A stretch of 64,000 nucleotides of DNA from Candidatus Latescibacterota bacterium (GTDB taxonomy: Bacteria; Latescibacterota; UBA2968; UBA8231): the NCBI GenBank assembly GCA_965206595.1, contig OZ242214.1:800001-864000 (forward strand), in the 5' to 3' direction. The stretch's first letter is position 1. Each line of letters begins with the position of its first letter. Positions 40,805-51,053 of this stretch are shown here, piece after piece. Made by a program: the position numbers and the translations under genes. The notes under the pieces were generated by a model. The model saw only the letters and a program-made list of their open reading frames with translations, had not been told where the DNA came from and did no database searches.

Positions 40805-41497
40805 TCAGTCGCGGTCGCCCCGCAGAATCAGCAGCCGCACGAGGTGCATCAGCGAGGTGGCGGCGGCGGCGACGTAGGTCAGGGCCGCGGCGTTGAGGAC
40901 GCGCCTGGCCAGGACCCCTTCCTGGGGGGCCAGGTAGCGTCCGTCCACGAGCTGCGCCATGGCGCGCGAGCTTGCGTTGAATTCGACCGGGAGGGTGATG
41001 ACCTGAAAGGCGAGAACCGCGGCGAACAGGGCGATGCCCACGTCCATCAGGAAGGGGACGCTCTGGTTGAAGAAGAAGCCGATCATGAAGAGGGGGAAGG
41101 CCGCGGTCGATCCGATGTTGGCGATCGGCAGGAACGAGTGCCGGAGATTGAGCGGCAGGTAGCCACCGGCGTGCTGGATGGCGTGCCCCACCTCGTGGGC
41201 GGCAACGGCGAGTCCGGCGAGGTGGTGGCCCCGGAAGATGCCGCGCGACAGCCTGACCACCCTGTCGCGCGGATCGTAGTGGTCGTTCAGCACCCCGTCA
41301 ACCTCCTCGACGGCGACGTCGTAGATACCGTTCTCGCGCAGCAGGCGGCGCGCGGTCTCCGCGCCCGAGATCCCGGAGGCCGAGGCGACCTGGCTGAACT
41401 CGCCGTACGTGCGTCTGACCTTCCACTGCGCGTACAAAGCCAGCAGGATGCAGGGAATGAGCAGCACCATGGTGGAGTCGAAAAAGAAGAATGGCAT
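40805..41497 (-). CDS. Membrane zinc metallopeptidase (YugP-like)
   Basis: DHYDP, VAAHEVGHAIQ, TLPVEFNASSRA and AAALTYVAA motifs. Confidence 0.93.
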   Translation of the reverse strand: MPFFFFDSTMVLLIPCILLALYAQWKVRRTYGEFSQVASASGISGAETARRLLRENGIYDVAVEEVDGVLNDHYDPRDRVVRLSRGIFRGHHLAGLAVAAHEVGHAIQHAGGYLPLNLRHSFLPIANIGSTAAFPLFMIGFFFNQSVPFLMDVGIALFAAVLAFQVITLPVEFNASSRAMAQLVDGRYLAPQEGVLARRVLNAAALTYVAAAATSLMHLVRLLILRGDRD

Positions 41498-41570
41498 GCC
41501 GACGTCCTCCTCCTCAAAGCGGTTCCAACGTTCAAATGTGAGCCAAAGACAGGACTTCATCAAACAGGAA

Positions 41571-41600
41571 CCGCGGGGAACCTGTTGCGGTTCCCCGCGG
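41571..41600 (-). terminator. Hairpin downstream of the Hsp20 gene
   Basis: CCGCGGGGAACC-N6-GGTTCCCCGCGG. Confidence 0.6.
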
Positions 41601-41626
41601 CTGAAACGGGCGGTGCGGCGACGCCG

Positions 41627-42079
41627 TCAGGCGGCCTTCACCTCGATCTTCCGGCCCCGCTCTTCGGCGGCGCGCGGCAGATTGACGGTGAGAAGGCCGT
41701 CCCGGTAATTTGCCTCGACCTTGTCCGCCTCGACCCCGAACGGCAGCCTGATGCGGCGGACGAACCTGCCGCTGCGCCGTTCGCGCCGGTACCAGGTTTC
41801 CCCTTCCTTCTCCTCCTTTTCCAGACGCGAGGCGGTCAGAGTCAGAACCCCGTCATCGACAGCGACGTCGATTTCTTCGGGCTTGAAACCCGGAAGCTCC
41901 GCCTTTACGGTGGCGCCTTCTTCGTTCGAGTTGACGTCGACAGCCGGGAGATGGGCGGTGTCCGTCTCGCCCCCATTGAAGAGGCGGTCGAACTCCTCGT
42001 GGAGCGATGCGAGCCCTGTGAACGGGCTCCGCAAGCCGGCAGGGCCGGGGACGGAGTGGCGAAAGATGGTCGGCAACAT
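41627..42079 (-). CDS. Hsp20/alpha-crystallin small heat-shock protein
   Basis: AELPG, RRERRSGRFVRRIRLP and ANYRDGLLTVNLP motifs. GGAGG RBS. Confidence 0.95.
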   Translation of the reverse strand: MLPTIFRHSVPGPAGLRSPFTGLASLHEEFDRLFNGGETDTAHLPAVDVNSNEEGATVKAELPGFKPEEIDVAVDDGVLTLTASRLEKEEKEGETWYRRERRSGRFVRRIRLPFGVEADKVEANYRDGLLTVNLPRAAEERGRKIEVKAA

Positions 42080-42141
42080 GGTGAACCTCCTTTTGGTTGT
42101 GAGTTCGGCTTCTGCAGCCGATTGTTGCGCGATCAAGGCTG

Positions 42142-42157
42142 AGCAAGTGCCGTGCCA
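42142..42157 (-). promoter_or_regulatory. Sigma-54 (-24/-12) promoter of hsp20
   Basis: TGGCACGGCACTTGCT = TGGCAC-N5-TTGCW, ~60 bp upstream of the ATG. Confidence 0.85.
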
Positions 42158-42409
42158 GAGGTTGCTGAACTACCGTATCCCCTTGTTTTCATTGCGGTAA
42201 CTGATTGCAAGCAGTGCTTTCCTCCAAGGCAATGAAGCGTGATGCGCCGAAATGACATGGATCCGGATGCTGCATCCGCACGATTCAATGTCATTATGGC
42301 ACCAAGGTGGGATTTTCCTTTATTGAGGTTTTGACACAAAGACTGCTTTTGGTTATTCTCGGCGCGGGCCAACTGCATAAAATACATATGGTTATTACCG
42401 GTCAGTCAG

Positions 42410-43981
42410 ATGGCGGCGCTTGAGAATTCAGGCTTGGGGAATCTGGGTGAGGTTCATCGCAACCTGAGCCCACCGCGCCTGTACCAGGAAATCCTGAAGC
42501 GTGGGGAGGCCGTGGTCTCCCGCGACGGGGCAATCGTCGCCGAGACCGGCGCCTACACGGGGCGCTCCCCCAAGGACAAGTTCATCGTCCGCGACCCCGA
42601 TTCGGAAGGGGACATCTGGTGGGGGGACATCAACCGCGAGTACGCGGGCGATTTCAATTCCCTGCTCGGCCAGGTCGCCGGCCACTTGGAGGGCCGCGAT
42701 GTTTTTGTCCAGGACCTGTACGCAGGCGCGGACCCCGTTTACCGGCTGTCGGTGCGCGTCGTCACCGAGCTGGCGTGGCACAGCCTGTTCGCCCGCAACA
42801 TGTTCATCCGCCCCCCGCGCGAACAGCTCCCGTCCTTTCAACCGGACTGGCACCTGATCTACGCCCCCGGCCTGCGCGCCGAGCCGGAGCGGGACAACAC
42901 GCGATCCGAGGTCTTCATCGTCCTCAACTTCGCCGCCCGCACCATCCTGATCGGCGGCACCCGTTATGCCGGCGAGCTCAAGAAATCGGTGTTTACCCTG
43001 TTGAACTACCTCCTCCCGAAGCGGGGCGTGCTGAGCATGCATTGCTCAGCCAACAAGAACCCGCAGGGAGACTCAACGCTTTTCTTCGGGCTGTCCGGCA
43101 CCGGCAAGACCACCCTGTCGGCCGACTCCCGGTACGAGCTCATCGGGGACGACGAGCACGGTTGGAGCGACCGCGGGGTTTTCAATTTCGAGGGGGGCTG
43201 CTACGCCAAGGCGATCCGCCTGCGACAGAACCAGGAGCCGGAGATCTTCGCGGCGTCGAATCGCTTCGGCGCGGTCCTGGAAAACGTCGTCCTCGACCCG
43301 GAGTCGCACCGGGTCGACCTCGATGACGACTCGAAGACCGAGAACACCCGCTCCTGCTACCCCCTCGATTTCATTCCCAACGCCAGCCTCGACGGACTCG
43401 GGGGTCATCCGAGCAACGTCGTCATGCTCACCTGCGATGCCTTCGGGGTGCTGCCCCCGGTGTCGAAACTGAACGGCGAGCAGGCGATGTATCACTTCCT
43501 CTCGGGGTACACCGCCAAAGTGGCCGGAACCGAGCGCGGCGTCAGCGAGCCGTCGGCGACCTTCTCCCCCTGTTTCGGAGGGCCGTTCCTGGTGCTTCAC
43601 CCGACATGGTACGCGCGCCAGCTCGGCGAGCGCCTCAGCCGGCACGGGTCGAGCTGCTGGCTCGTCAACACTGGTTGGAGCGGGGGAACCTGGGGAGAGG
43701 GAGAGCGCATCAGCATCGCCTATACGCGCGCCATCGTCTCGGCGATTCTCGACGGCCGGCTGGAAGCGGTTCCGCGCCGGGTCGATCCGATCTTCGGGCT
43801 GCAGGTGCCGAAAGAGTGCCCGAACGTTCCGGCCGGGGTGCTCGACCCCAGGTCGACGTGGCGCAACCCCAACGCATACGACGACCGGGCGCGCGAACTC
43901 GCCGGCCGCTTCGGCGAGCACTTCGCCGAATACGGGGCACTGGCTCCAGAGTTGCGCAAGGTCGCTCCCCAGCCAGCGTAG
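42410..43981 (+). CDS. pckA: Phosphoenolpyruvate carboxykinase (ATP)
   Basis: TGRSPKDK, GLSGTGKTTLS, LIGDDEHGW and NFEGGCYAK motifs. Confidence 0.98.
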   Translation: MAALENSGLGNLGEVHRNLSPPRLYQEILKRGEAVVSRDGAIVAETGAYTGRSPKDKFIVRDPDSEGDIWWGDINREYAGDFNSLLGQVAGHLEGRDVFVQDLYAGADPVYRLSVRVVTELAWHSLFARNMFIRPPREQLPSFQPDWHLIYAPGLRAEPERDNTRSEVFIVLNFAARTILIGGTRYAGELKKSVFTLLNYLLPKRGVLSMHCSANKNPQGDSTLFFGLSGTGKTTLSADSRYELIGDDEHGWSDRGVFNFEGGCYAKAIRLRQNQEPEIFAASNRFGAVLENVVLDPESHRVDLDDDSKTENTRSCYPLDFIPNASLDGLGGHPSNVVMLTCDAFGVLPPVSKLNGEQAMYHFLSGYTAKVAGTERGVSEPSATFSPCFGGPFLVLHPTWYARQLGERLSRHGSSCWLVNTGWSGGTWGEGERISIAYTRAIVSAILDGRLEAVPRRVDPIFGLQVPKECPNVPAGVLDPRSTWRNPNAYDDRARELAGRFGEHFAEYGALAPELRKVAPQPA

Positions 43982-44120
43982 CGCCTGCCTAGCACTCCAA
44001 AGGTTCAGATTTCGGTTTTCAGCTGGATAAGCGCCGGCCAAGAAACCGGCTCCGGGCGATTCGCGGCAGGAAAACCTGAGCTGGCGACGGGCTCCGTGAC
44101 GGTTGGCCAAGCGGAGCCTC

Positions 44121-44888
44121 CTACGGAGAGGGATCCGGTTTCAGCTCTGCGGCCGCGGCGTCGCGAACGACGTCCGCCTCCACCGCAGGTGCGCCGGGCG
44201 ACACGATGTCGGCGGGCAGGCTGAGCTTGAGCGGCACCGCGGCACCCGCGGAGACGATCATCTGGAAGGCCTCTTCGATGGTGAGGTTGGTGAGCCGCAG
44301 CTCGCGGAGGGGGATGATAAGCATGAAACCGGTGGTGGGGTTGGGGGCCGTGGGAATGAACACGCTGTGCGCCGCCTGCAGGCCTCCCTCTCCGGGGACA
44401 TCCCCGGCGACGAACCCGAGGGTCCACAACCCCCTGCGGGGATACTCGAACAGGATGACCTGCTTGAAACCGCCCCTGTCGGGAGAGGTCATCGTCTCCA
44501 TCAGCTTCCGCACCGGTGAATAGATGGTGCGCACCACCGGAAGGCGCTCGAGGGCTTCGCGCGCGTCCTGCACCAGCCGGCGTCCCAGCACGTTGCGTGT
44601 TATCAGGCCGACGACCCAGACGATGGCGAAGGTGAGGACGAAGCCGACGCCGCGGTAATACCAGTCGGCGTCTCCGAACATGGCCGCCACAGGCCGGATC
44701 AGCGGCCGCGAAAAGCGATCGGCGGCATTGAACAGCCACAGCAGCACGGCGCCGGTGATCCACAACGGGGCGATCACCGTAACCCCGGCCATCAGCGTGG
44801 TGCGCAGAGCGTGCAGCCTGCCGGAGGAATGGCTCTCCGTTCCGAAAGTGGAATCGATCGGATTGATCTCTTTCTTTTCCCTGTTCAC
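44121..44888 (-). CDS. DUF502 family membrane protein
   Basis: P.VRTIYS..K, EYPRRG and VFIPTAPNPTTGF motifs. Confidence 0.9.
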   Translation of the reverse strand: MNREKKEINPIDSTFGTESHSSGRLHALRTTLMAGVTVIAPLWITGAVLLWLFNAADRFSRPLIRPVAAMFGDADWYYRGVGFVLTFAIVWVVGLITRNVLGRRLVQDAREALERLPVVRTIYSPVRKLMETMTSPDRGGFKQVILFEYPRRGLWTLGFVAGDVPGEGGLQAAHSVFIPTAPNPTTGFMLIIPLRELRLTNLTIEEAFQMIVSAGAAVPLKLSLPADIVSPGAPAVEADVVRDAAAAELKPDPSP

Positions 44889-45047
44889 AGTCGCAATCCG
44901 CCAATACGCGATCGATATGCCAACGTATCACCGCCGTACGGCGCCGTCAACGAATGGACAGGTGGCTCATGGCGGCCCGCTTTCGCTTCCCCTGAGAATC
45001 CCGGGCTCGTTTCAGCGCTCCCCGCGGCACCGCTCCCGGCAGGCGCC

Positions 45048-45737
45048 GTGACCGCTCCCTGCGCCGTCCTGCTCAGCGGCGGGATGGATTCGGCGACCTG
45101 TCTCTGGCAGGTGCGCGACAGCTGGCCGGGGCCGGTCCACACGGTCGCCATCGACTACGGCCAGCGCCATCGCGTCGAGCTCGAATACGCCCGCAAGCTC
45201 GCTGCCCGGGCCGGAGTCGAGCGACACGAGGAGCTCGGCCTCGAGCTGCTGTCCGCTCTCGGGGGAAACCCGCTGACCGACGGCGCCCTCGAGGTGCCCG
45301 ACGCCGACGAGCTGCGCCAGCGCGCCACCGTCGTGCCGTTCCGCAACCTGCTGTTTATCGCCGCCTGCGCCGCGTACGCGGGGGGCCGCGGAATTCGCGA
45401 ACTTTTCATCGCCGCGGTGCGCGACGACTACGAGGCCTACCGCGATTGCCGCCGCCAGTTTTACGACAGCGTCGAGGAGACTTTGGGGCTGGGTGCCGCC
45501 GAGGAGGGCAGCTACCGCATCCACACGCCGTTGATCGACAGGTGGAAGGCCGGGGTGGTCGCCGAGGGGCGGCGCCTGCAGGTCCCGTTCGAGCTTACCC
45601 ACACCTGCTACACCGGCCGGCGGCCGGCGTGCGGCCGCTGCGACGCCTGCAGCGAGCGCATAGCGGCGTTCCGCGCCAACGGAGTCCGCGACCCCCTCGC
45701 CTACGAAATCGATGTCGACTGGGCGGCATCGGCCTGA
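45048..45737 (+). CDS. queC: 7-cyano-7-deazaguanine synthase
   Basis: LSGGMDS, DYGQRH..E, VPFRN, Y.DCR and CY......CGRCDAC motifs. Start position uncertain. Confidence 0.92.
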   Translation: MTAPCAVLLSGGMDSATCLWQVRDSWPGPVHTVAIDYGQRHRVELEYARKLAARAGVERHEELGLELLSALGGNPLTDGALEVPDADELRQRATVVPFRNLLFIAACAAYAGGRGIRELFIAAVRDDYEAYRDCRRQFYDSVEETLGLGAAEEGSYRIHTPLIDRWKAGVVAEGRRLQVPFELTHTCYTGRRPACGRCDACSERIAAFRANGVRDPLAYEIDVDWAASA

Positions 45738-45901
45738 CTGTCCGTTGGTAGAGTTGCTCTGCAAGCCACAGCCCGGATGGGCTTGTTCCACGGGCTGCTG
45801 AACTCGACCGGGGCCGAAGCGCTTCGAGCGTCCCCTTCCAAGGGGACGAAGCGGTCTGCCCGGTACCTCCCCCCCCTCCACCCGAACACAGGAGAACCCG
45901 C

Positions 45902-46765
45902 ATGCCATCGGTGAAGGAGATCTACCAGTTCGACGAGCTGACCTGGCCGGAAGTGAACGAGGCCGTGGCGATGGGCAAGATCCCCATCCTCGCCACCGGA
46001 TCCGTGGAACAGCACGGGCACCACCTGCCGCTGAAGGTCGACCACCTCTGCGCCCACTCCGTCGCCGCGGAAGCGGCGCGACTGAAACCGGAATTGAGCC
46101 TGGTGCTGCCGCCGGTCACCTACGGGTACGTCCACCACGTCATGGATTTTCCCGGCTCCCTCAACATCCACTTCGAGCACTTCATCCAGTACGTCCTCGA
46201 CATCTGCAAGTCGCTCGCCTACCACGGCTTCAAGAAGATGATCCTCGTCAACGGGCACGGCTCGAACCACAACCTCGTCGACATGGTGTCGCGGCGCGTG
46301 CACGTCGAGACCGACGCGAGCTGCGTCTTTTGCAGCTGGTGGCAGCTGTTGCGGGTGAATCCCGATTTCGACAAGGAATGGAGGGAGAGCGTATTCCCCG
46401 GGGGTTGCTCGCACGCCTGCGAGCTCGAGACCTCGATGTTGCTGTACCTGTCGCCGGAGAGCGTTCGCAAGGAGAAAATCAGGAGCGAAATCGCCAGGAC
46501 CAACCAGCTCGGCTCGAAGTTCGTCTGGACCGACCTGTTCAGCGCCGGGCCGATGGGACTGATCCAGTGGACGAGCCAGTACTCGGACAGCGGCGTGATG
46601 GGGGAGGCGGAGAAAGCGACCGCGGAGAAAGGCAGGATCGTGTTCGAGGAGGCGAGCCGGAACCTGGCGGCCTTCATTGAGGAATATCACGCCATGGAGA
46701 TCCGCGGGCGCACCCGCCACCAGGAGCGGGAACCGACGATGCCGCTATCGTACCCGACGGACTGA
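45902..46765 (+). CDS. Creatininase-family amidohydrolase
   Basis: GSVEQHGHHLPL..D, NGHGSN, HACELETS and SGVMG...ATAEKG motifs. Confidence 0.93.
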   Translation: MPSVKEIYQFDELTWPEVNEAVAMGKIPILATGSVEQHGHHLPLKVDHLCAHSVAAEAARLKPELSLVLPPVTYGYVHHVMDFPGSLNIHFEHFIQYVLDICKSLAYHGFKKMILVNGHGSNHNLVDMVSRRVHVETDASCVFCSWWQLLRVNPDFDKEWRESVFPGGCSHACELETSMLLYLSPESVRKEKIRSEIARTNQLGSKFVWTDLFSAGPMGLIQWTSQYSDSGVMGEAEKATAEKGRIVFEEASRNLAAFIEEYHAMEIRGRTRHQEREPTMPLSYPTD

Positions 46766-46904
46766 CGCAGCCGCGGTGAAGTGGGCAGGGCGTTTGGATC
46801 CGCACCAAGGGGCCCTGCCTGCGAGGATCGGGACGGGCTCCCCGGGTGCGGGATTCCGGGTAAGGTTCGGGAAAAGGAGCGCGCGGGATCCGTCATGGCC
46901 CCGC

Positions 46905-47483
46905 CTACTGGACCGGTTCGATCAGGTCCCCGTTCATCCGGTAGCGGTTTCCGCACGCTTGACAGGCAGGTTCCCCACCTTGGGGCAAGGTCACGCCGCA
47001 GCGGCAGACCCAGCCCACCTGGCGCGCCGGTACCCCAACGACCAGGGCATGGGCGGAAACGTCCCGAATGACGACGGACCCGGCCCCTACGAGGGCGTAG
47101 CGGCCGATCGCCAAACCGCACACGATCGTGGCGTTGGCCCCGAGTGTGGCTCCCTCGCCGACGATGGTCGGCCTGAATTCCTCCTTGCGCTCGATGAACG
47201 CGCGCGGATTGATTACATTGGTAAACGTCACGGACGGACCACAGAAAACGCAGTCTTCCAGCAACACCCCTTTGAAGACCGAAACGTTGTTCTGGATCTT
47301 GCAGCTCCTGCCGATTCGCACCTCGCGGTCGACATAGACGTTCTGGCCGAGAATGCAGTTTTCGCCTACGCGCGCGCCGGCCATGACGTGGCTGAAATGC
47401 CAGATCCTGGTTCCGCTTCCGATTTCGCACGGTTGGTCGACCACCGCGGTCGGGTGGGCGTAGAATTCCGCTTCGGTCGTCAT
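46905..47483 (-). CDS. Hexapeptide-repeat N-acetyltransferase (WbpD-like)
   Basis: IWHFSHV, GQNV, KIQNNVS, FTNVINPR and GVPARQVGWVC.CG motifs. Confidence 0.92.
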   Translation of the reverse strand: MTTEAEFYAHPTAVVDQPCEIGSGTRIWHFSHVMAGARVGENCILGQNVYVDREVRIGRSCKIQNNVSVFKGVLLEDCVFCGPSVTFTNVINPRAFIERKEEFRPTIVGEGATLGANATIVCGLAIGRYALVGAGSVVIRDVSAHALVVGVPARQVGWVCRCGVTLPQGGEPACQACGNRYRMNGDLIEPVQ

Positions 47484-47576
47484 GGGCGCTCTCGGGAATG
47501 ATTGCCCGCAGGCCGCGGGCATGATGAGAAAAACAACTTTCCGTTCACCATCAATTATAGTAAGGGGAAGGCCCGC

Positions 47577-48551
47577 ATGAAGCTGATCACATACACCTCC
47601 AAGAAGGAAGAGTACGTCGGCGCCGTCATCGCCCAGGACAAGATCGTCGTCCCCCTCGATGCTGCCGACCGCGCCCTGGCGCGGCAGGAGAAGCGCCAGC
47701 CCGTGGGTTGTTTCGACAGCATGCTGTCGCTGCTCGGAGCAGGGGCAAGGGGCCTTGCCGCGGCCCGCAAGGCGGTGAAAGCGGTGGAAGATAACCTCGG
47801 CGATCCGCCGAAAGCGGACGGTGAAACAACCCTGCCTGTGACGCGGGTGCGCCTCAAGGCCCCGGTTCCCAACCCGCGCAAGCTGTTCTGTCTCGCCGGC
47901 AACTACCAGGACCACATCGAAGAGGGGGGCGGCAAGATGGCCCTGCAGGACAAGGAGACCCCCCGCGTATTCATGAAACCGCCCACGACCACCGTCATCG
48001 GTCCGGGCGACACCATCCGCATACCGCCGGTTGCCCAGTCCATCGACTGGGAGGGGGAGCTCGCCGTGGTTATCGGCCGCCGCGCCAAGGGGGTGAAAGC
48101 CGCCGATGCGCTCAAGCACGTCGCCGGCTACACGGTCATGAACGACGTGTCGGAGCGCAGTCTGCTGATCAAGAAGCGCACCAAAAGCCGCCCCAAGGAC
48201 GAGTGGTTCGACTGGCTCAACGGCAAGTGGCTCGACACCTTCGCCCCTCAGGGGCCCTGGATGGTGACCTCCGACGAGATCACAAACCCCCAGGATCTCA
48301 ACATCAGCACCTACGTCAACGGCCTGCGCAAGCAGTTCAACAACACCGGCCAGATGCTGTACCCGGTGGCGAGCATCGTCGAGTACATCTCGGCGATCAT
48401 CACGCTAGAGCCGGGCGACATCATCAGTACGGGCACGATCTCCGGCGTCGGCGCCACCACCGGCTCCTTCCTGAGCGACGGGGACCGGGTCGAGATCGAG
48501 ATCTCGCGTATCGGCGTGCTGCGCAACAACGTCGGCGACAGCAAGAAGTAG
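47577..48551 (+). CDS. Fumarylacetoacetate hydrolase family protein
   Basis: NYQDH, DWEGEL, NDVSER, GKWLDTF and PGDIISTGT motifs. Confidence 0.94.
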   Translation: MKLITYTSKKEEYVGAVIAQDKIVVPLDAADRALARQEKRQPVGCFDSMLSLLGAGARGLAAARKAVKAVEDNLGDPPKADGETTLPVTRVRLKAPVPNPRKLFCLAGNYQDHIEEGGGKMALQDKETPRVFMKPPTTTVIGPGDTIRIPPVAQSIDWEGELAVVIGRRAKGVKAADALKHVAGYTVMNDVSERSLLIKKRTKSRPKDEWFDWLNGKWLDTFAPQGPWMVTSDEITNPQDLNISTYVNGLRKQFNNTGQMLYPVASIVEYISAIITLEPGDIISTGTISGVGATTGSFLSDGDRVEIEISRIGVLRNNVGDSKK

Positions 48552-48600
48552 AGGCTGCGGCGTTCACATCCGCCGCGCCCGAAGACCTGCCGATGAGACA

Positions 48601-49836
48601 GTGACGGATCAGGACGTGCGCGGCTCGGCCCCGCCGACCGCACCCGGACTCGGGAGCCGGGCATTCGCCGTCCTCTGCGCCGTTTCCTTTTTCAGCCACT
48701 TCACCGCCGCTCCCTTCGCCACCCTGCTGCCGGTCTACGTCGATGCCGACGTCGGCGCGAGACCGCTGTTCACCGGATACCTGCGCACCCTGATGTTCGC
48801 GCTGGGCGGCGTCTTCGCCGTGGTCGGAGGCCGTCTGTGCGACCTGTTCGGGCTGAAGCCGATGCTGCTTGTCGGACTGGCCGGATCGATCGCCGCGGGC
48901 CTCGCTTTCCAGAGCACCGACTTCCGCTTCCTGACCTTCTTCGTGATGCTCGCCGGAATCGCCGCCGGACCGATGAGCGCCGCGGGCCAGAGCTACCTCA
49001 TCGCCACCGCCGGACCGCAACGACTCGGTCTCGGAGGGGCCCTGTTCTTCCTCACCTACACCCTCGGCAGCTCCGCGGGAAGCCTCTGCACCGGCCTGCT
49101 GAAACCGCTGTGGAGCTTTCAGCAGATCGGCGCGGCCATGGCGGTCGGAGCGACCGCCGTGGTCCTCGCCGCTGTGCTGCTGCTCCCCGATATCGCCGGA
49201 CGGGCGGCGGCCTCCCGGGGGCCGGAGAAGCTGTCGCTGTGGCGAGCCTACCGCCCGTTGCTGCGGCAGCGCGAGGTCCACCTCCTCGTCGGCATGCGCC
49301 TGGGCATCACCTCGTTCTGGGGCATGGCGATACTGGTGCTGCCGCTGCTGGTGTTTCGCGTCAGTGGCAGCGCTGCGGTTGCGGCCTGGTACGGGGCGGT
49401 CTCACTGGCCGCCGCAGGTGTCTGCCAAGTGGCCGCCGGTTGGGTGCGGGACCGCTATGGACGCACCCGGCCGCTGCTGGTCGCGGCTGCCGGCGTCCCC
49501 GCCTGCGCGCTCTGCCTGGGGTTCCGGGCCGATTCCCTGACCGGGCTGTTCCTGTTCGGCACGGGGTTGGCCGCGACCGCCTGGGCGGTCTCTGTGCTGG
49601 TCCCGGGGTTGATCGACGAAGTGGCCCCGGCCGCGGAAAAGAACCGGCTCGTGGGACTCGGCCACCTCGCCTGGAGCGCGGCGATGGCGCTCGGCGGCCT
49701 GGCGGGCGGCCTGCTGGTGGAGATCGATGCCGGGCTGCCGTTTTTCACCGGGGCGGCGCTCTCCCTGGCCGGGACAGCATGCCTGTACCGGCTCTGCCGG
49801 CAGCTTGACCGGAAGCTGCACCCGGCCGCGGCCTGA
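48601..49836 (+). CDS. MFS transporter
   Basis: About 12 hydrophobic segments with GRLCDLFG and GWVRDRYGR loops. Confidence 0.88.
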   Translation: MTDQDVRGSAPPTAPGLGSRAFAVLCAVSFFSHFTAAPFATLLPVYVDADVGARPLFTGYLRTLMFALGGVFAVVGGRLCDLFGLKPMLLVGLAGSIAAGLAFQSTDFRFLTFFVMLAGIAAGPMSAAGQSYLIATAGPQRLGLGGALFFLTYTLGSSAGSLCTGLLKPLWSFQQIGAAMAVGATAVVLAAVLLLPDIAGRAAASRGPEKLSLWRAYRPLLRQREVHLLVGMRLGITSFWGMAILVLPLLVFRVSGSAAVAAWYGAVSLAAAGVCQVAAGWVRDRYGRTRPLLVAAAGVPACALCLGFRADSLTGLFLFGTGLAATAWAVSVLVPGLIDEVAPAAEKNRLVGLGHLAWSAAMALGGLAGGLLVEIDAGLPFFTGAALSLAGTACLYRLCRQLDRKLHPAAA

Positions 49837-49850
49837 CTCGGAGAACGCTC

Positions 49851-51053
49851 GTGCGCAAGGGCATGCTCTTCCTCATCGCTGTCGGGCATTTCTGCGTCGA
49901 CTCGTACGCCCAGATGCTGGCACCGGTGCTGCCGCTCGTAATCGGCCGGCTCGGGATTTCCCTGACCTCGGCAGGCTTTCTCGGAACCATCACCTCGCTG
50001 TGTAGCCTGTCGCAGCCGCTGCTCGGGGTGTGGGCGGACGGCATGCGCCGGCGCTACCTCGTGCTGGCCGGTCTGCTCATGGCCAGCCTGTTCGCCCCGC
50101 TGCTCGGCATCGCCCCCAACTACGCGACGCTGCTGGTCGTGCTCTGCCTCGGCGGCCTCGGAGTGGCCGCTTTCCACCCCCAGGTGTTCTCGCTCGCCGG
50201 TGAGTTGAGCGGCCACAGGCGTTCCTTCGGCATCGCCCTGTTCGTGTTCGGCGGCACCCTCGGCCTCGGCTTCTCGCCGCTCTGGGTCCCCTGGTACGCC
50301 ACCGAGATCGGCCTGGAGTGGCTGCCCGCGGCAGGCCTTCCCGGGCTCCTGCTCGTCCTGCTGATCTGGCGTTTCGTGCCGCTCGACAACCCCCATGTGG
50401 TCCACGGACAGCGGACCTCGCTACGCGCCAGCCTGCAGGGCAGGAAGCGGATCCTGCTGCTGATGACGGTCGTCGTCATCCTGCGCTCGGTCACCGGGCT
50501 GGGCTTCGGGTTCTACCTCCCGGTGCTGTCGGAGGCGCGCGGGCTCGACCTCGTCGCAGGAGGAATACCGCTGTCGCTGTACAACCTCGCAGGGGTCGCC
50601 GGGGCGTTGCTGTTCGGCTATCTCGGGGACCGCCTCGACAGAAAGCCGCTGATCTGGGGATCGATCCTTGCCGCGGCTCCCTCCCTCTACGGCTATCTCC
50701 ACAGCGACGGCCTCGTCGCCTACGGAATGCTGGCGATCGGCGGCGCCATGGTGATGGCCTCCAACTCGCTGCTGGTCGCCATGGCCCAGGAACTGGTGCC
50801 GAAGAGCTCCGGGCTGGCCTCGAGTCTTCCCCTGGGGTTCAGCTGGGGGATCGCGGGACTGACGCTGGCACCGATCGGCTACCTCGCCGAACGGCTCGGG
50901 GTCGAATCGGCCCTGACCCTGCTCGCCGTCCTGCCGGTCGCGACCGCGGTTTTCGCCCTCTTTCTGCCGTCCGACCGCGGCCTTCAGGCCGGGGGCGAGG
51001 AAAGTCCCTCCGGGGAAACGGCGGCGCCTGAGGAGCCGGGCGGAAACTCCTGA
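49851..51053 (+). CDS. MFS transporter (Fsr-like)
   Basis: HFCVDSY, QPLLG..AD, AAFHP and GYLGDRLDRK motifs. Confidence 0.9.
   Translation: MRKGMLFLIAVGHFCVDSYAQMLAPVLPLVIGRLGISLTSAGFLGTITSLCSLSQPLLGVWADGMRRRYLVLAGLLMASLFAPLLGIAPNYATLLVVLCLGGLGVAAFHPQVFSLAGELSGHRRSFGIALFVFGGTLGLGFSPLWVPWYATEIGLEWLPAAGLPGLLLVLLIWRFVPLDNPHVVHGQRTSLRASLQGRKRILLLMTVVVILRSVTGLGFGFYLPVLSEARGLDLVAGGIPLSLYNLAGVAGALLFGYLGDRLDRKPLIWGSILAAAPSLYGYLHSDGLVAYGMLAIGGAMVMASNSLLVAMAQELVPKSSGLASSLPLGFSWGIAGLTLAPIGYLAERLGVESALTLLAVLPVATAVFALFLPSDRGLQAGGEESPSGETAAPEEPGGNS

Noticed and set aside
45048-45737. queC as part of a 7-deazaguanine DNA-modification (Dpd) or QatABCD defence system
   Set aside because: Canonical length, housekeeping context, and no dpd or qat partners nearby.
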